The notes below the pieces were generated by a model. It did no database searches. It had not been told where the DNA came from and saw only the letters and a list, made by a program, of their open reading frames with translations. From Heptranchias perlo (lineage: Eukaryota), in assembly GCF_035084215.1 (NCBI RefSeq), contig NC_090356.1, positions 11,842,001-11,906,000 of the forward strand: a stretch of 64,000 nt of DNA, in the 5' to 3' direction. Positions 38,331 through 51,147 of the stretch are shown piece after piece. The position numbers and the translations under genes were made by a program. Each line of letters begins with the position of its first letter. Within the stretch, counting starts at the first letter, position 1.

Positions 38331-40799
38331 TGTCCACTCACCAGGCATGAAGAGGCTGCCCTATAAATTGTGGGTAGAGAATCCATTGAGGGAACAGGAG
38401 AAGGAGAGTTTTGTGGCTTTGCGTGACTTTATGGCTAGAATCCTCATTATTTAGTTTCCCCTGCAAACTCATCCACTCACTCAATCACCAAAATATTAGC
38501 ATATAATGACAACAGGTTGGCACAGTTGGTAGAATTCTTGCCTTTGAGTCAGAAGTTTGTGGGTTTCAAACCTCACTACAATACTTGAGCATTTAATCTA
38601 GGCTGAGACTTTGGTGCAGCATTGAACAATTGATACCATGTCAGGGGTGATTTTTATTGGATGAGATGTTAATCTGAGGACTACCTGTTCAGGTGGATGT
38701 TAAAGATCCCATAACATTTTTCTGCAGAAGGACAGAGAGTTCTCCCAGTGACTTAGCCAAAATTTATCCTTTAGTCAATGCCACAGATTAACAGATCATT
38801 TCTCACATTTGCTGTTTGCTGGATCTCACGATGCGCAAATTGGCTGCCATGTTTGCCTATTGACAACAATGACTACTCTTCAGAAGTAATTTTTTGGTTG
38901 TGAAATGCTTTGGGATGTCCTGAGGTCGTGAAAGGTGCGATATAAATGTAAAGTCTTTCTTTCTATAATACAGAGGATGAAATTGGTCATTGGCGGTAAG
39001 CAAAACGGGCAATAATGGCCCCAGTGGAAAAGAAAATCGGGTGGGGCATAAAACGGGCTTCTGATTCACTATCGCCTGTTTTGCTGAACCCCAAAGAACA
39101 ATTTCACTCCCACAATGTCTTGGCATGTTACCTGTGTCAAAGGCCTTTTCATATGGTAACCAATGTAACACATTTCTTTTCTCTTCGTGTTTAAGTAACC
39201 TGGTTTTATACAAAAAACATATTCAAGATACCTTAATTGCTTCTAATATTGCCTTCCATGAAATTTTAGTTGCTGGTCTTTCTCCGTTGAGAGTGGGAAG
39301 TTGTGTTCACTGGATATTGCATGACCAACTCATGCATATTATTGAAGTACGTTTACTGTGATACTTGTGCCTTGTGCATGAGGGAGAGGAGGTTAGAAAT
39401 CACCAGAGCTTGCAGCCCAATGGTTAGTTTCTATGAATCTTATTAGGCTATTCAACTGCAGGGGCACCACAGCCAAGCACGATCTTGCCCCGGCCCAACT
39501 TTAACACACGTAAATTTTCCAGCAGCAGTCAATGTTTATTGATCAGAATCTTGGCCGATTTTCCTCTCCGTAACTCAGGGTACTGAAGCCAATTGTAGCA
39601 TCGCCATTACAGCCCCAGCTACAACCTGCTACCTCACACAGTCTGGGGACAGAAACTGGGCTTTCCTGGTCTGTACGATTCAGCTATTCACTGCAACGCC
39701 TTGCTGAGCTACAGGGAAAGCAGAGATACTGAATCTGGTCCAGTTAAACCCATGCAAAAATGGATAATGGCTTTCTCAAGGTTGCACAAAAATCTGGAAC
39801 TGATTTTGCAGCTGTTAGCTGAAACAGCAGATTAAGCAATCTTTCAATGACAAACATGGATAACCATTTCCAAACTAGTAAATATGTAGTGAGCAAAGAA
39901 AGAACGGAACAGCCTTGCAGTTTCTGGTGAATCTTAAATCTCCAACTCGGATGAAATATTGTAGTTGTTTCAGTGAACTGACATGAGTGAAGTGTTTGCC
40001 ATTCCAATTTCCTCTGAAACTAAAAGCACCATTGTGCATGTGTAATGCCTTCAAACTGAGGCCTCAGGCCTTTACCTGGGTTTCTTAAATTAAAAAAGCG
40101 TATCAAAAACATAATTAAATTTTGCCTTTTGATTCTCCACATTTTTCATTAAGTACTGTACTAATGCACAATACAGGCCACACCCAAAAATAATCCGACT
40201 GCTCGGCTCTCTTTCCCCACAGCCCTGTATCTCCTTCTGCTTCAAATATTTATATAATTTTCTCTTAAAAGATACAATGATCACTGCCTCAACTATTCCC
40301 TGTGACAAAGCATTGCATGCTCCTGTTAGGAGACATTGGCAGAAAAGAGTTAAAATATATTTTTAAAGAGCAGAAGTTGAACACAGAATCTCAAGCTTTT
40401 ACTTTCCCAACTGGAATGCAAAAACCAGGCCTCAAAAAAAGATAAGCACCTACATGCATACCTCGTCCAGTGTGAAAGAACCCATACATGATTTGCATGA
40501 CACTTAATGAAGTGGGTCCAGTGACCTCAAATGAGGAAGATAAGGGGCTCGATTTTAGCAGGCCTGCTGGTTCCCAGCGGGTGGTCCTCCGGGAGCGTGG
40601 AAAACGCGGACGGCTAATTGCGTGCGCCCCCCGCGCGATCGCGGGGTAATTGAACTGATTAAGCCCTGCTTCCGGGTTCTCCGCTCCCCAGCTGCGTGCC
40701 GGCGGGCTGCGCATGCGCACTACCGTCGACGCGATGTAGGAGCTCCACTTAAAGGGGCAGTCTCCCAAAGCCCCTCCTGCTGCAATCAGTAGGCAAGAC

Positions 40800-42640
40800 A
40801 TGATGGCTCACCCGAGGGGAAAGGCTGCGCCACGTTTTTCGGTCCTCGCGCTGCAGCTGATGCTGGAGGGCGTGAGGAGGAGGAGGGACACGCTGTTCCC
40901 TGCGGACGGACGCAAGTGCCCTGCCGCCGCCACCAGGAAGGCATAGGCAGAGGTGGCGGCGGAGGCCAGCAGCAGGGCCAACACCCCCAGGACATGGGAG
41001 CAGTGCCGCAAGCGGTTCAATGACCTCACGAGGTCCGGCAAGGTGAGTACACCAACGCACCCTCCCACAACCCGTCCCCACCATCACGCCAAACAGATCA
41101 CAACCCCTCCTGCAGAGCCACCACAGCGCTCCCACAGCAATCCTCACAGCCACTCACTCACCATCCTCGCCGTGCCCGCAAGTACCCACCGTCCCTGTCC
41201 CCACCCGAACACTACCACACACCCCAATCCCCATGCAATGGGATGGGCATGTGGCACACGCATCCTCCCATCCATCTGCCCCACGCTCAACCCACCCACA
41301 CCGATGCTCGATGCGTCTCACTATGCAATACGCACCCACTCACGCATCTGTGTTTTGCCTTGACAGGAGAAGAGAAGCAAGAACAACAGGGAAAGGGCAC
41401 GCACCGGAGGTGGCCCGCCGCACGTGGTCGACCTGACAGACGCAGAGGTGGAGGCGCTCGACCTCGCCTGCACGCCACATTGCCTGTCGGTCGCAGATGG
41501 CGAGTCTGTCGTTGCAGAAACGGCTGGTAAGGGAAAGCTGACACTCAACACCCATGATCGCGAGTGACCGTATCATCACCTGCCATCAGGCGCACCGTAA
41601 AGTTGGTCCACATGCCTCATAGTGCCCTCTGTTCTCTTGCAGGGCCGTCTGCGAGCGCTATGATTGAGGAGGGCGATTCCTCAGAGGACATGGCGGTCTC
41701 TGAGGGTGCATCGTCACATCTGAGCCAACCATCCACCAGCGCAGAGACACGCACCTCGGTGGGTCCCCCTCGCCAACTAGTTGGGGTAGCACTTGGTGAT
41801 TCACCGCGCACAAGTGAGCATGAGCAGACCCTGGTGGCAGGGGCAGCCGCGGAGGGTCCGCGTCGGTGGGAGCACTCATCTCCAGGCTCTGCTCAGCCGG
41901 ACCCAGATGCTGAACCCAGAGGGCCACCAGTGAAAAGGAGAGTCGTCGAGGGGCACCAGCTAATTTCCGAGGTACTGGGAGAGGTGCCGTGCGCATGGTC
42001 CACAATTGCGCAGGCGATGGAGGAGTCCAACTCCTGCATGAGGGCATTGGTGGCGCAGGCACAGGAGGGTACCGGCGACATAGTGTCGCGGGTAGGTGCG
42101 GGAGCGTCTGCGGTGGAGGACAGGCTGGCCTCCCTCGAGCGTCACGCACAGCTCCACATCGAGTCCGTGCAGGCCCTGACAACGGCTGTACGGATTCAGG
42201 GTGAGCAACATTCCGCCGCCATAAACAGGCTGACAGATACACTGGGGGTGGCCTTGTAAGGCCTCACACATGCCATCCAAACTGTGGTCCAGCAGGGTGG
42301 AAGGGGTGATGTGGGCCGAGGCCACGAGAGGGATGATGGTGACCGGGGACATGGAAGCGGGGACGCTTCTCAAGGTGCCCCCACGTCCCACCCGTTGCCC
42401 CCCTCTCAACCAGTACCAGCAATGGTGCCTCCTCTCCAGGTGGCCGAGTCTGCCCCTGCCCCGGTGCAGGAGGTGCAGTCTGTGGAGGTGCCCTCACGGG
42501 CACCGAAACCCAGGGGCCGTCCGCCCAAAGCATCTACCCGGTCAGGGCGAGAACAGGAGCAACCTGTCACTACCTCTGCTGGAGCCACAGGGGTAGCACC
42601 ACGTAGGGGTACCCGCAAAAGAAATCCAAAGGCGTTATAA
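40800..42640 (+). pseudogene. Harbinger Myb/SANT-like DNA-binding partner gene, 3 exons (40800-41042, 41367-41526, 41643-42640), two premature stops
   Basis: APRFS...WEQCRKRFNDLTRSGK|EKRSKNNRERARTGGGP; canonical GT-AG introns; in-frame TAG at 40944-40946 and TAA at 42257-42259; ATTAAA at 42712. Confidence 0.88.
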
Positions 42641-42930
42641 GCACAAAGGGAATGCACCAGGGTGTCTGTTAATTTGTACACGTTTTGTTTATAGTATTTC
42701 ACATTGTACATATTAAATACTATATTCTCACCACTCCTGCCACCTCTCGTCCATTCTTCCGCGGCCTGTGCAATAGGTGCGTTCCGTGCAGCCCATCATG
42801 ACGGCGAACACCTGCTGCCGCCCAGTGGGCACACTGCTGTGGGTACTGGCAACACTCTTCAGTGGAGGGGGCTGGTATGGCCCCTCGCATGTGCAGGTGA
42901 GGAGATGCGAGCGCCTCGCACTGTCTGACT

Positions 42931-44181
42931 CTAGGAGAACCGTTGACGTATGAGTGCCTCCCTGGCCCGGCAAGCATCCTGGTGAGTCGTGGTTCGGCGC
43001 ATGGGTCGTCCACCATCCTCTGGCGCGTCCTCCTCCTCCCCCTCCTCCTCCTCCTCCACCTCCTCCTCCACCTCCTCTTCCTCGTCCTCAATGTGGGTGG
43101 CGGGTGTGGATGGGGCCTCCTCCAGCGGCACCCCTCTCTGTTGGGCCATGTTGTGCAGGGCACAGCAGACAACTATGATTCGTCCCACTCTGAATGGTGT
43201 GTATTGCAGCGCTCCCCCAGAACGATCAAGGCACCTGAAGCGCATCTTGAGCAGCCCTATGGTCTGCTCAATTGTAGACCTGGTAGCAATGTGGCTGTTA
43301 TTATATCGACGCTGCGGCTCGGTGATGGGGTTCCTCAGAGGTGTCATAAGCCACGTGTGCAGGGGATACCCCTTGTCGCCGAGGAGCCAGCCGTTGCCGG
43401 CGTTGGGTGCGCGGAGGATGGGCGGGACGGTGGACTCCCTGAGGACGAAGGCATCGTGGCAGCTGCCGGGGTATCTGGCGCACACGTGTAGGAATCTCTG
43501 GCGGTGGTCACAGATGAGCTGGGCGTTAATGGAGTGATACCCCTTCCTGTTGATGAACAGCCCTGGCTCATGCGGAGGTGCCCATATTGCGATGTGGGTG
43601 CAGTCGATTACACCCTGTACCCGTGGGAAGCCAGCCATGGCATGGAATCCAACCGCCCTCTCCATCTGGCTGCGCTCGTCCATGGCGAAGTTGATGTAGT
43701 GCGAGGCCCTGCGGAACAACCCATCGGTGACCTGCCTTATGCACTTGTGTGCAGACGACTGACAGACCCCGGTGATGTCCCCGGTGGCACCCTGGAAGGA
43801 TCCGGATGTGAAGAAGTTGAGGGCAGTGGTGACTTTGACGGCGACGGGTAAGAAGATGCTGCTTGGTCCATCAGGGAGCAGCTCGTCGTTAAGGAGGCTG
43901 CAGATGTCGGCGACTACCTGGCGATTGACTCTGAGCCGACGTATGCACTGCTCCTCGGAGAGGTCCATGAAGCTGAGCCTCGGTCTGTACACCCTGTGCG
44001 GAGGGTAGTGCCTCCTGCGACGCATTTCTCTCTGTGGTTGCCCTCCCTCCTGCTGCGCAGGTGGGTGTGCCACAGCACCGTGTTGGGGGGCTCCACGTCT
44101 CCGAGGCGGACGGCGTGGACTGCGAGGCTGCTGGGGCTGGTCATGCTGTTCGTCCTCCGAGGATGTCAACGCACCACCCAT
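42931..44181 (-). CDS. Harbinger (HARBI1-like) DDE transposase
   Basis: Uninterrupted ORF with VIDCTHI, GSCHDA, LGDKGY and IEQTIGLLKMRFRCL motifs and an acidic tail; likely ATG at 44181, with the open frame extending to 44346. Confidence 0.93.
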   Translation of the reverse strand: MGGALTSSEDEQHDQPQQPRSPRRPPRRRGAPQHGAVAHPPAQQEGGQPQREMRRRRHYPPHRVYRPRLSFMDLSEEQCIRRLRVNRQVVADICSLLNDELLPDGPSSIFLPVAVKVTTALNFFTSGSFQGATGDITGVCQSSAHKCIRQVTDGLFRRASHYINFAMDERSQMERAVGFHAMAGFPRVQGVIDCTHIAIWAPPHEPGLFINRKGYHSINAQLICDHRQRFLHVCARYPGSCHDAFVLRESTVPPILRAPNAGNGWLLGDKGYPLHTWLMTPLRNPITEPQRRYNNSHIATRSTIEQTIGLLKMRFRCLDRSGGALQYTPFRVGRIIVVCCALHNMAQQRGVPLEEAPSTPATHIEDEEEEVEEEVEEEEEGEEEDAPEDGGRPMRRTTTHQDACRAREALIRQRFS

Positions 44182-47134
44182 CTGGCAGGTGTTGGTCTGA
44201 GGGGTTGTGCAGGGTAGGTCGGTGGTTCCTCGCACTGGGGCTGCAGTTTCACGTCGGTCTGTCCTCTGGCTTGGCGGGGGGTGGTGGAGGGCAGGGGTTG
44301 CCCTATGTGACACGGTGGCCTCCTGCGTGGGTGAGGGCTCTCCCACCCGCTGTGGAGTGCACCTTGGCAGCTGCCACAGGCTGCCGGCTGGAACATGACC
44401 GGTTGAAGGGAGACTGTTTCCCCCAGTGTGTGGAACACTCTGCCTTGAAGGTAAAATCCCACTCTTCCTGTTTTGACAGCTGATTCAGCTCATTTAATGA
44501 CCTCAACAAGCAAGGTAAGTACACTCAAGTGGAACCCCGCGGGATTCCCACCAGCGGGGTCTGCGCACACAGCCCCGCACGTCAGCGCGGCACCCGGAAG
44601 TGGCCGGGATCTCGGCGCGATCCGCTCCCGCACGTGGAAATTGACATTTTGGAGCCCGCCCCGCCGATAACGCACAGGAAACCCGATGCTAAAATCGAGC
44701 CCAAGGTGTCTGGAAAGTGAAGGGATTATGAGATGAAGTAATCTCACTATGTCAATCAGTAGTATAACTGTACCCGTTGGTCTTATATATATATGTATAC
44801 ATCTTGTAGTTTAGAGAAATAGTTGCACGCCTTATAAGGGAATTTAGATTAGTGATTTGTAGCTTAGAAAGGTAAAAAAAGTGGGGAATTGTAATGGGAT
44901 TTTGGATTCAACCCGGGAAGTTTGAGCTCAAAACGCTGTATACTCGATAGACATCGTTTCCCAGAATCAGGTTCACTTCAGGTATTTTACCTTATTTGGA
45001 GGATTAAACTTTGAATAAGCAAAACTTTGCTTGTGTGCATATTGTCTTCGCCTCATTGAATGAACTCATATAAAGCTAGCTAGTTAACACTCCAATAACC
45101 CTTTGCAAAGGAAATTTCGCCTAACTTCTCTCCTCACTCTCTTAGTAATAATTTTGAATTATTGATCCCTCATCACTGACTCCCCAAACAAAGGATATAG
45201 TCTTTCCCTATTCACTCTATCAAACCCCTCAAAATTTAAAAAAATCTCCATTAAATTTCCTCTTCGCCTTCTCTGCTGTAATGGAATTAGTCGCAGCATC
45301 TCATATTTTTCCTCTTAATAATTGTTTTCCATCCCTAGCATCATCCTGGTGAATCTGGGCTGCATGTTTTCTATGGCTTTAATGTCCTTTCTATAAAGGA
45401 ATGCCCAAAACTGTAAACAGTTACTCTAATTGTGGCCCAACTAATGTTATGTATAAATTTATCATTACTTCTTTTATCCTAGCAACATAGGAATTGTGAG
45501 ACGAGAAAAGACCAAGGTCCATCTTGTTCGCCTTCTATCATCCCGGTAGTCACATGATACAATGTTAATTGAGTTGCTGACTAATTATAGCAATCAATCT
45601 CTATCAATTAGTCTCCAATAAACCCAGACGTGACGTGAGGAAAACCCCAGTGGTGGAAAGCTTTGGGAACCACAGGTCCAAAGTCATCTGTTCCTCCCAA
45701 GCATGTTACACTTACCACATGTCAGGTCTCAAATTACTCTTGTACTCTATGTCCTAATTTATAACATCCAAAATAATATTGACCTTTCTTTTGGCTTTAT
45801 CTACCAACACCCATACTTCCTGGAATTATGCACTTGAACCTTTAGATCTCTCTGTTTATGCACACCCTTCACAGCATCTTTTCATTATGTCTATACTCCC
45901 ATTTTTCCTCCTAAAATGTATTAGCTCACACTTGTATTATGCTTCCACCTATCATCCTGTTCCACCAATCAGTCTATGTCTTCCTGATGTCTTTTACAGT
46001 GCTCCTTGCTATTTACCAAATCCCCCACTTTACTGTTACCAGCAAATTTTGAGATTGTGCTCCCCATGCTCAAATCATCTAAAGAAACACCAAGAGCAAA
46101 AGTGGACCCAGCACTCACCCAGAGTACACAATTTCCAGCCCTTCTCCAGTCTGAGCAACACCTATTTACTCTAACTCTTTGTTCTACGTCTGTTCACCAA
46201 GGTGCTATTAGTGCTGCTACAATTCACTTTATACCATTGCCTGAATTTTTCTTGCAAGTCGCTCTCATCGAAATTCTGAAAATCCATCTACATTACATTT
46301 ATTGCGCTCCCTTTATCTATTCAGTCATCTCTTCAAAAAAAACGATTACATTTCCCAAACAGATCTTGCCTTTAATAATTCTGTGCCAGCTGTCCTTGAT
46401 TAACCCACATATTTCTAAATCCTCACTAATTTTATCGCAGATTATGGAGTTTGCCAACAACTGACCTTGTAGGTCCTTGCACCTATTTGTCTCAAAGGCA
46501 GTCATCTAAATTAATTTGAAGTGCAGTGACTGTTCTGAACAATTTAAATTAATATTTTGCTTTTAAAAAATGTGGTCTATACGCAAGTTTCATTCAAAGG
46601 ACTTTGGGAGCAGCCTGAAAACAGGCCTAAACTTTCTGGGAGCAAAGAAATCATTCTCCTCGTCAACGCCCCTCCGAAAGAAATAATTATGTTTGACCAT
46701 TTCCACCCTCAGGGAATGAGTCGAATTATGACTATCACATTAAGAAAGCCAAAATCAGAAAGCATTTCAAGAATTTCGAAAATGGAAATAACACGATTTT
46801 AGGGGAAGGATTAAATGGTGAACATAGATGTGCAGAAAGATGGAAATGTGCTGAAAATGACTTAAAGACTTTAAAGGGGGGAAAAGAACTCTTGTGCTGC
46901 TAATAATTAGTAGTTCAGCGAGGTTACGAGCTTTACAGCCCTGCCCACAGTGACCTTTCATCTCAGTCTGGTTGGCAATTTCTGTGTTCAGAGCTCTCAA
47001 GGTCAGCCTGAAACCATTTCCAATTCTCAGTGTACTTTCTTACCAGCGGCTTTGCAGGTTTTACGTACTGAGCTACTACTGTCATTTTAGTTCTCTATTT
47101 CAGCTTGTGTTAACTGTGCCACCCAATTTTCACG

Positions 47135-47207
47135 ATGTCTGTGGATTTCAATGGTAGCTGGAACATGATCAGCAATGACAACTTTGAGCCTTACATGCAA
47201 GCACTGG
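47135..47207 (+). CDS. rbp7: RBP7 exon 1 (MSVDFNGSWNMISNDNFEPYMQAL)
   Basis: 73-nt coding exon typical of cellular retinol-binding proteins; GxW motif; donor gtgagt. Confidence 0.95.
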
Positions 47208-48614
47208 GTGAGTGTAAAATATTTCTGTAGACATATCATGGAAGTGGAATCCAATTGCAACTTCCTAGGTAATTCGGTAACAATTTTTTGCCAACATAAA
47301 ACATAAATTTATTTCCTTTCATCAGGGAATGAGAGTTTTGGGGTTTGGAAATTCTTTCTGGTGCCTCCTTTCCCCGTTACCTCACAAGTAATGGTGTTGT
47401 AAATAACGTGAAATTAAGGTGCTCCAGCTAATCTGCTAAAAGGGAACGTGTAATATGAATTTTAAAGAGCAGGCAACTTTTTAATTTAAGAACATAAGAA
47501 ATAGGAGCAGGAGCAGGCCATATGGCCCCTCGAGCCTGCTCCGCCATTTAATAAGATCATGGCTGATCTTTGACCGCATCTCCACTTTCCCGCCTGATCC
47601 CTGAATTTTGTTCATGAACTCAAGTAAACGGTGGATCACAACTTCGAAATTATTGCCATTTGCCCATGATGCTCTATGCAGTAGCTATCCACTAAAATAA
47701 CGTCCTAAAATTTAATTCAGTTTACTCCTCAGTTCAAAGTTGCTTAATTCAAATGATTTGGTCATTCAAATTGTTAACACTAAATTCCCATTATTTACAT
47801 TACTTAATTCAAATTATTGGATAGTTCCAGGGATGAGGGACTTTAGTTTCGTGGAGAAGCTGGGGTTGTTCTCCGTGGAACAGAGAAGGTGAGAGGAGAT
47901 TTGATGGAGGTATTTAAAATTATGAAGGGTCTGGACAGATTAGATAGAGAGAAACTGTTCCCATTGACGGAAGGATCAAGAACCAGAGGGCTTAGATTTA
48001 AGGCGATTGGCAAAAGAACCAAAGGTGACATGAGGAAAAACTTTTTTACACAGCGAGTGGTTAGGATCTGGAATGCACTGCCTGAGGGGGTGGTGGAGGC
48101 AGATTCAATCATGGCCTTCAAAAGGGAACTGGATAAGTACTCAAATTGATTTTGAATTATCAGGAGAAGACTATCAACCAATATTCTTCTGCAGAGGTAC
48201 CTGGCGTTAGTGCTTACTGAGGGAATTCTACCGTTAAATTAAAATTCAAGCTTGATTAGCTCCGATAATGTTTGTTTCTCACACGTTGTTTTAGCTGTTG
48301 CAGTGTTTCAGACATTTCTTCTGAACTGCACTGTGAGGACACAGTTGGATGCCAGTATAATTTTATACACGGCAGCTGTGTGCATGAAGTCTAAATTTAG
48401 CCTGTCAGCTGGTGACAGTACCAACTGTGAACGTTCTCTACCAGTTTTTTCCAGCAGGTTAATTCCTAGTGGGAATTGAAGCTCTGGTGAATGAATTTGC
48501 GGTTTATTGTGGAGATGCCACTGGGTTTAGTATTTTGTATTCTTCAATGGAAACTTGGTAAAAAAATTATTTTTGTTAACGACCTGAGACAATGGAATTT
48601 GTCATCTATTTGTT

Positions 48615-49830
48615 ATAGAATTTTTTGATGAGGTAACAGAGAGGGTCGATGAGGGCAATGAGATTGATGTGATGTATATGGACTTTCAAAAGGTGTTTGA
48701 TAAAGTGCCACATAATAGGCTTGTCATCAAGATTGAAGCCCATGGAATAAAGGGGGCAGTAGCAGCATGGATAGAAAATTGGCTGAGTAACAGGAAGCAG
48801 AGCGTAGTGATGAACGGTTGTTTTTCGGATTGGAGGGAGGTGTACAGTGGTGTTCCCCAGGGTTTGGTACTGGGACCACTGTTTTCTTGATATATATTAA
48901 TGACTTGGACTTGGGTGTACAGGGTACAATTTCCAAATTTGCAGATGACACAAAACTTGGAAGTGTAGTGAACAGTGAGGAGGATAGGGATCGACTTCAA
49001 GAGGATATAGACAGGCTGGTGGAATGGACGGACACGTGGCAGATGAAATTTAACGCAGAAAAATGCATTTCGGTAGGAAGAACGAGGAGAGGCAATATAA
49101 ACTAGAGGGCACAATTCTAAAAGGGGAACAGAGAGATCTGGGGGTATATGCACACAAATCGTTGAAAGTGGCAGGGCAGGTTGGGAAAGCGGTTAAAAAA
49201 GCATACGGGATCCTGGGCTTTATAAATAGAGGAATAGAGAACAAAAGCAAGGGAGTCATGATGAACCTTTATAAACCACTGGTTCGACCACAACTGGAGT
49301 ATTGTGTCCAGTTCTGGGCACCGCACTTTAGGAAAGATGTGAAGGCTTAGAGAGGGTGCAGAAAAGATTTACCAGAATGATTCCAGGGATGAGGGACTTT
49401 AGTTTTGTGGAGAAGCTGGGGTTGTTCTCCTTGGAACAGAAAAGGTGAGAGGAGATTTGATAGAGATATTTAAAATCATGAAGGGTCTGGACAGATTTTA
49501 TAGAGAGAAACTGTTCCCATTGGCGGAAGGATCAAAAACCAGAGGGCTTAGATTTAAGGCAATTGGCAAAAGAACCAAAGGTGACATGAGGGAAAACTTT
49601 TTTACACAGCGAGTGGTTAGGATCTGGAATGCACTGCCTGAGGGGGTGGTGGAGGCAGATTCAATCATGGCCTTCAAAAGGAACTGGATAAGTACTTAAA
49701 AGGAAAAAACTTGCAGGGCTCTGGGGATAGGGCGGGGGAGTGGGACTAGCTGGATTGCTCTTGCATAGAGCCGGCACGGACTCGATGGGCCAAATGGCCT
49801 CCTTCTGTTTGGTAACCATTCTATGATTCT
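48615..49830 (+). mobile_element. CR1 LINE (RT C-terminal part to 3' end) in rbp7 intron 1; partial second copy at 47826-48140
   Basis: DFQKVFDKVPH, GVPQG and KFADD RT motifs with frameshifts; TTCTATGATTCT tail. Confidence 0.92.
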
Positions 49831-50069
49831 CCCTCCATCTTCAAATGATCCTCTCAGATTCCGCATAGTAAATCTGAGGATGCAGTTCATTTTGTGTCTT
49901 TGCTCCTTTTAATTATGAAGATTGAATTAGGGGCTGTGACCTTTGTCTTTTTTTTAACACCCCCCCCACCCCCAAAATGTAAGTATAGCATTTGTTCTTA
50001 TCAGGGTTTTGGATGTTAGTAACAAAAACAGAAAATGCTAATGCTGGGAATAGAACATTTTCAGTTTCC

Positions 50070-50420
50070 GGCACCCAGTGTCAAGCACCAAGTAGTCCCG
50101 GGTCAGATTAGAAGTAGAATAAAGGTCCCTCCAATCTCCCATTGTGCTTCAGCCCCAAACTCAGAAGAACATCCCTTGCTGCACCAGTATGGCATTTATT
50201 TGCCCTGAGCGAGTTTGCTAATTAATGCCATATTAGGGGCAGTTTTGTGCTGAAGTCCTGCATCCACCAGGAATTGGTTTGAGAGTGCTCAAACCCACTT
50301 CAAGTAAACTCCTTGCAGCCAACAGATGGGGGAGACTTTATCCCATCGGGCTGGGCTGGATTTGAACTCCCAGATCTAGAGGTAAAAGGCTAATTAACCC
50401 AGTGCACTACCCAGTTCCCT
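50070..50420 (-). mobile_element. LF-SINE-like element in rbp7 intron 1
   Basis: Minus strand gccttttacctctag...gttcaaatccagcccag...ccatctgttggctg...ccaattcctggtgga resembles the recalled LF-SINE consensus. Confidence 0.5.
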
Positions 50421-51147
50421 AGCCACTCAACAGACCAGTTATGCATGTCTTTGCCAGCTGGATAGTTATAACCATAATTATTGCAATGTATTGCATGTTA
50501 ATTTTATATTGTTGCTTTACAAGATTGTTTCTTGTTCTTGCTATACACAAACATTTGCTTAGATATTCTCTCCATCGAGCACAATTTGGAAGAGGTTAGT
50601 TGATTTGACATGGACAAAGATTCTCTAGTTTTCAACTTTTGTTTGATTATCTGAATAAGCTGACAAGAGCTTTGCTAGGACATTACTACCGTGTGAATGG
50701 GATTCCACCTTTTATTTGCTGGAGGGTTTTATCATGGAATCCTTGATAATAAAAAGTTTCTTGGCCAAAACATCTCGCTGTAAAGTTTTTAACCTACATT
50801 ACCATGTTGATGTACTCTTGTAATCCATCTTTTTTGAAATGTCAAGAAGGTAGAGCGTTCCTTATCTTTCTCTTCAGTTTTCTCCGAACAATGTTGACTC
50901 ATTCTTGTGTGGCGGTTTTCCTGTAGTACTTGTCCTAAATGGCATGTACTCATGTAAGCTTGAGTGGTGAGTGTCGGCAGGCTATTTAACTGCAAGGGGA
51001 ATCACAGCCATTGCTGTCCTCACCTGCTGTCTATACACGTACAGTTTTTGAAAATCTCCAGATTTTGGGGGATCTGAATTCAATTTGCTTCCTCAGTTTA
51101 AAAGCTGGCTAATTTGGCATGAAAGCTTAACAATGTTCTCTTGACAG

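Larger units (their letters stand above)
40545..44702. mobile_element. Full-length PIF/Harbinger DNA transposon (4158 bp)
   Basis: Perfect 16-bp TIRs GGGCTCGATTTTAGCA (40545-40560) and TGCTAAAATCGAGCCC (44687-44702); 3-bp TSD AAG (40542-40544, 44703-44705); GC/CpG-rich; two convergent genes. Confidence 0.96.

Noticed and set aside
42931-44346. Domesticated host gene HARBI1
   Set aside because: The ORF is enclosed by perfect TIRs and a TSD with a Myb partner, so it is a transposon copy.
41658-44483. Many overlapping 100-190 aa ORFs in alternative frames
   Set aside because: By-products of high GC content within the Harbinger genes.
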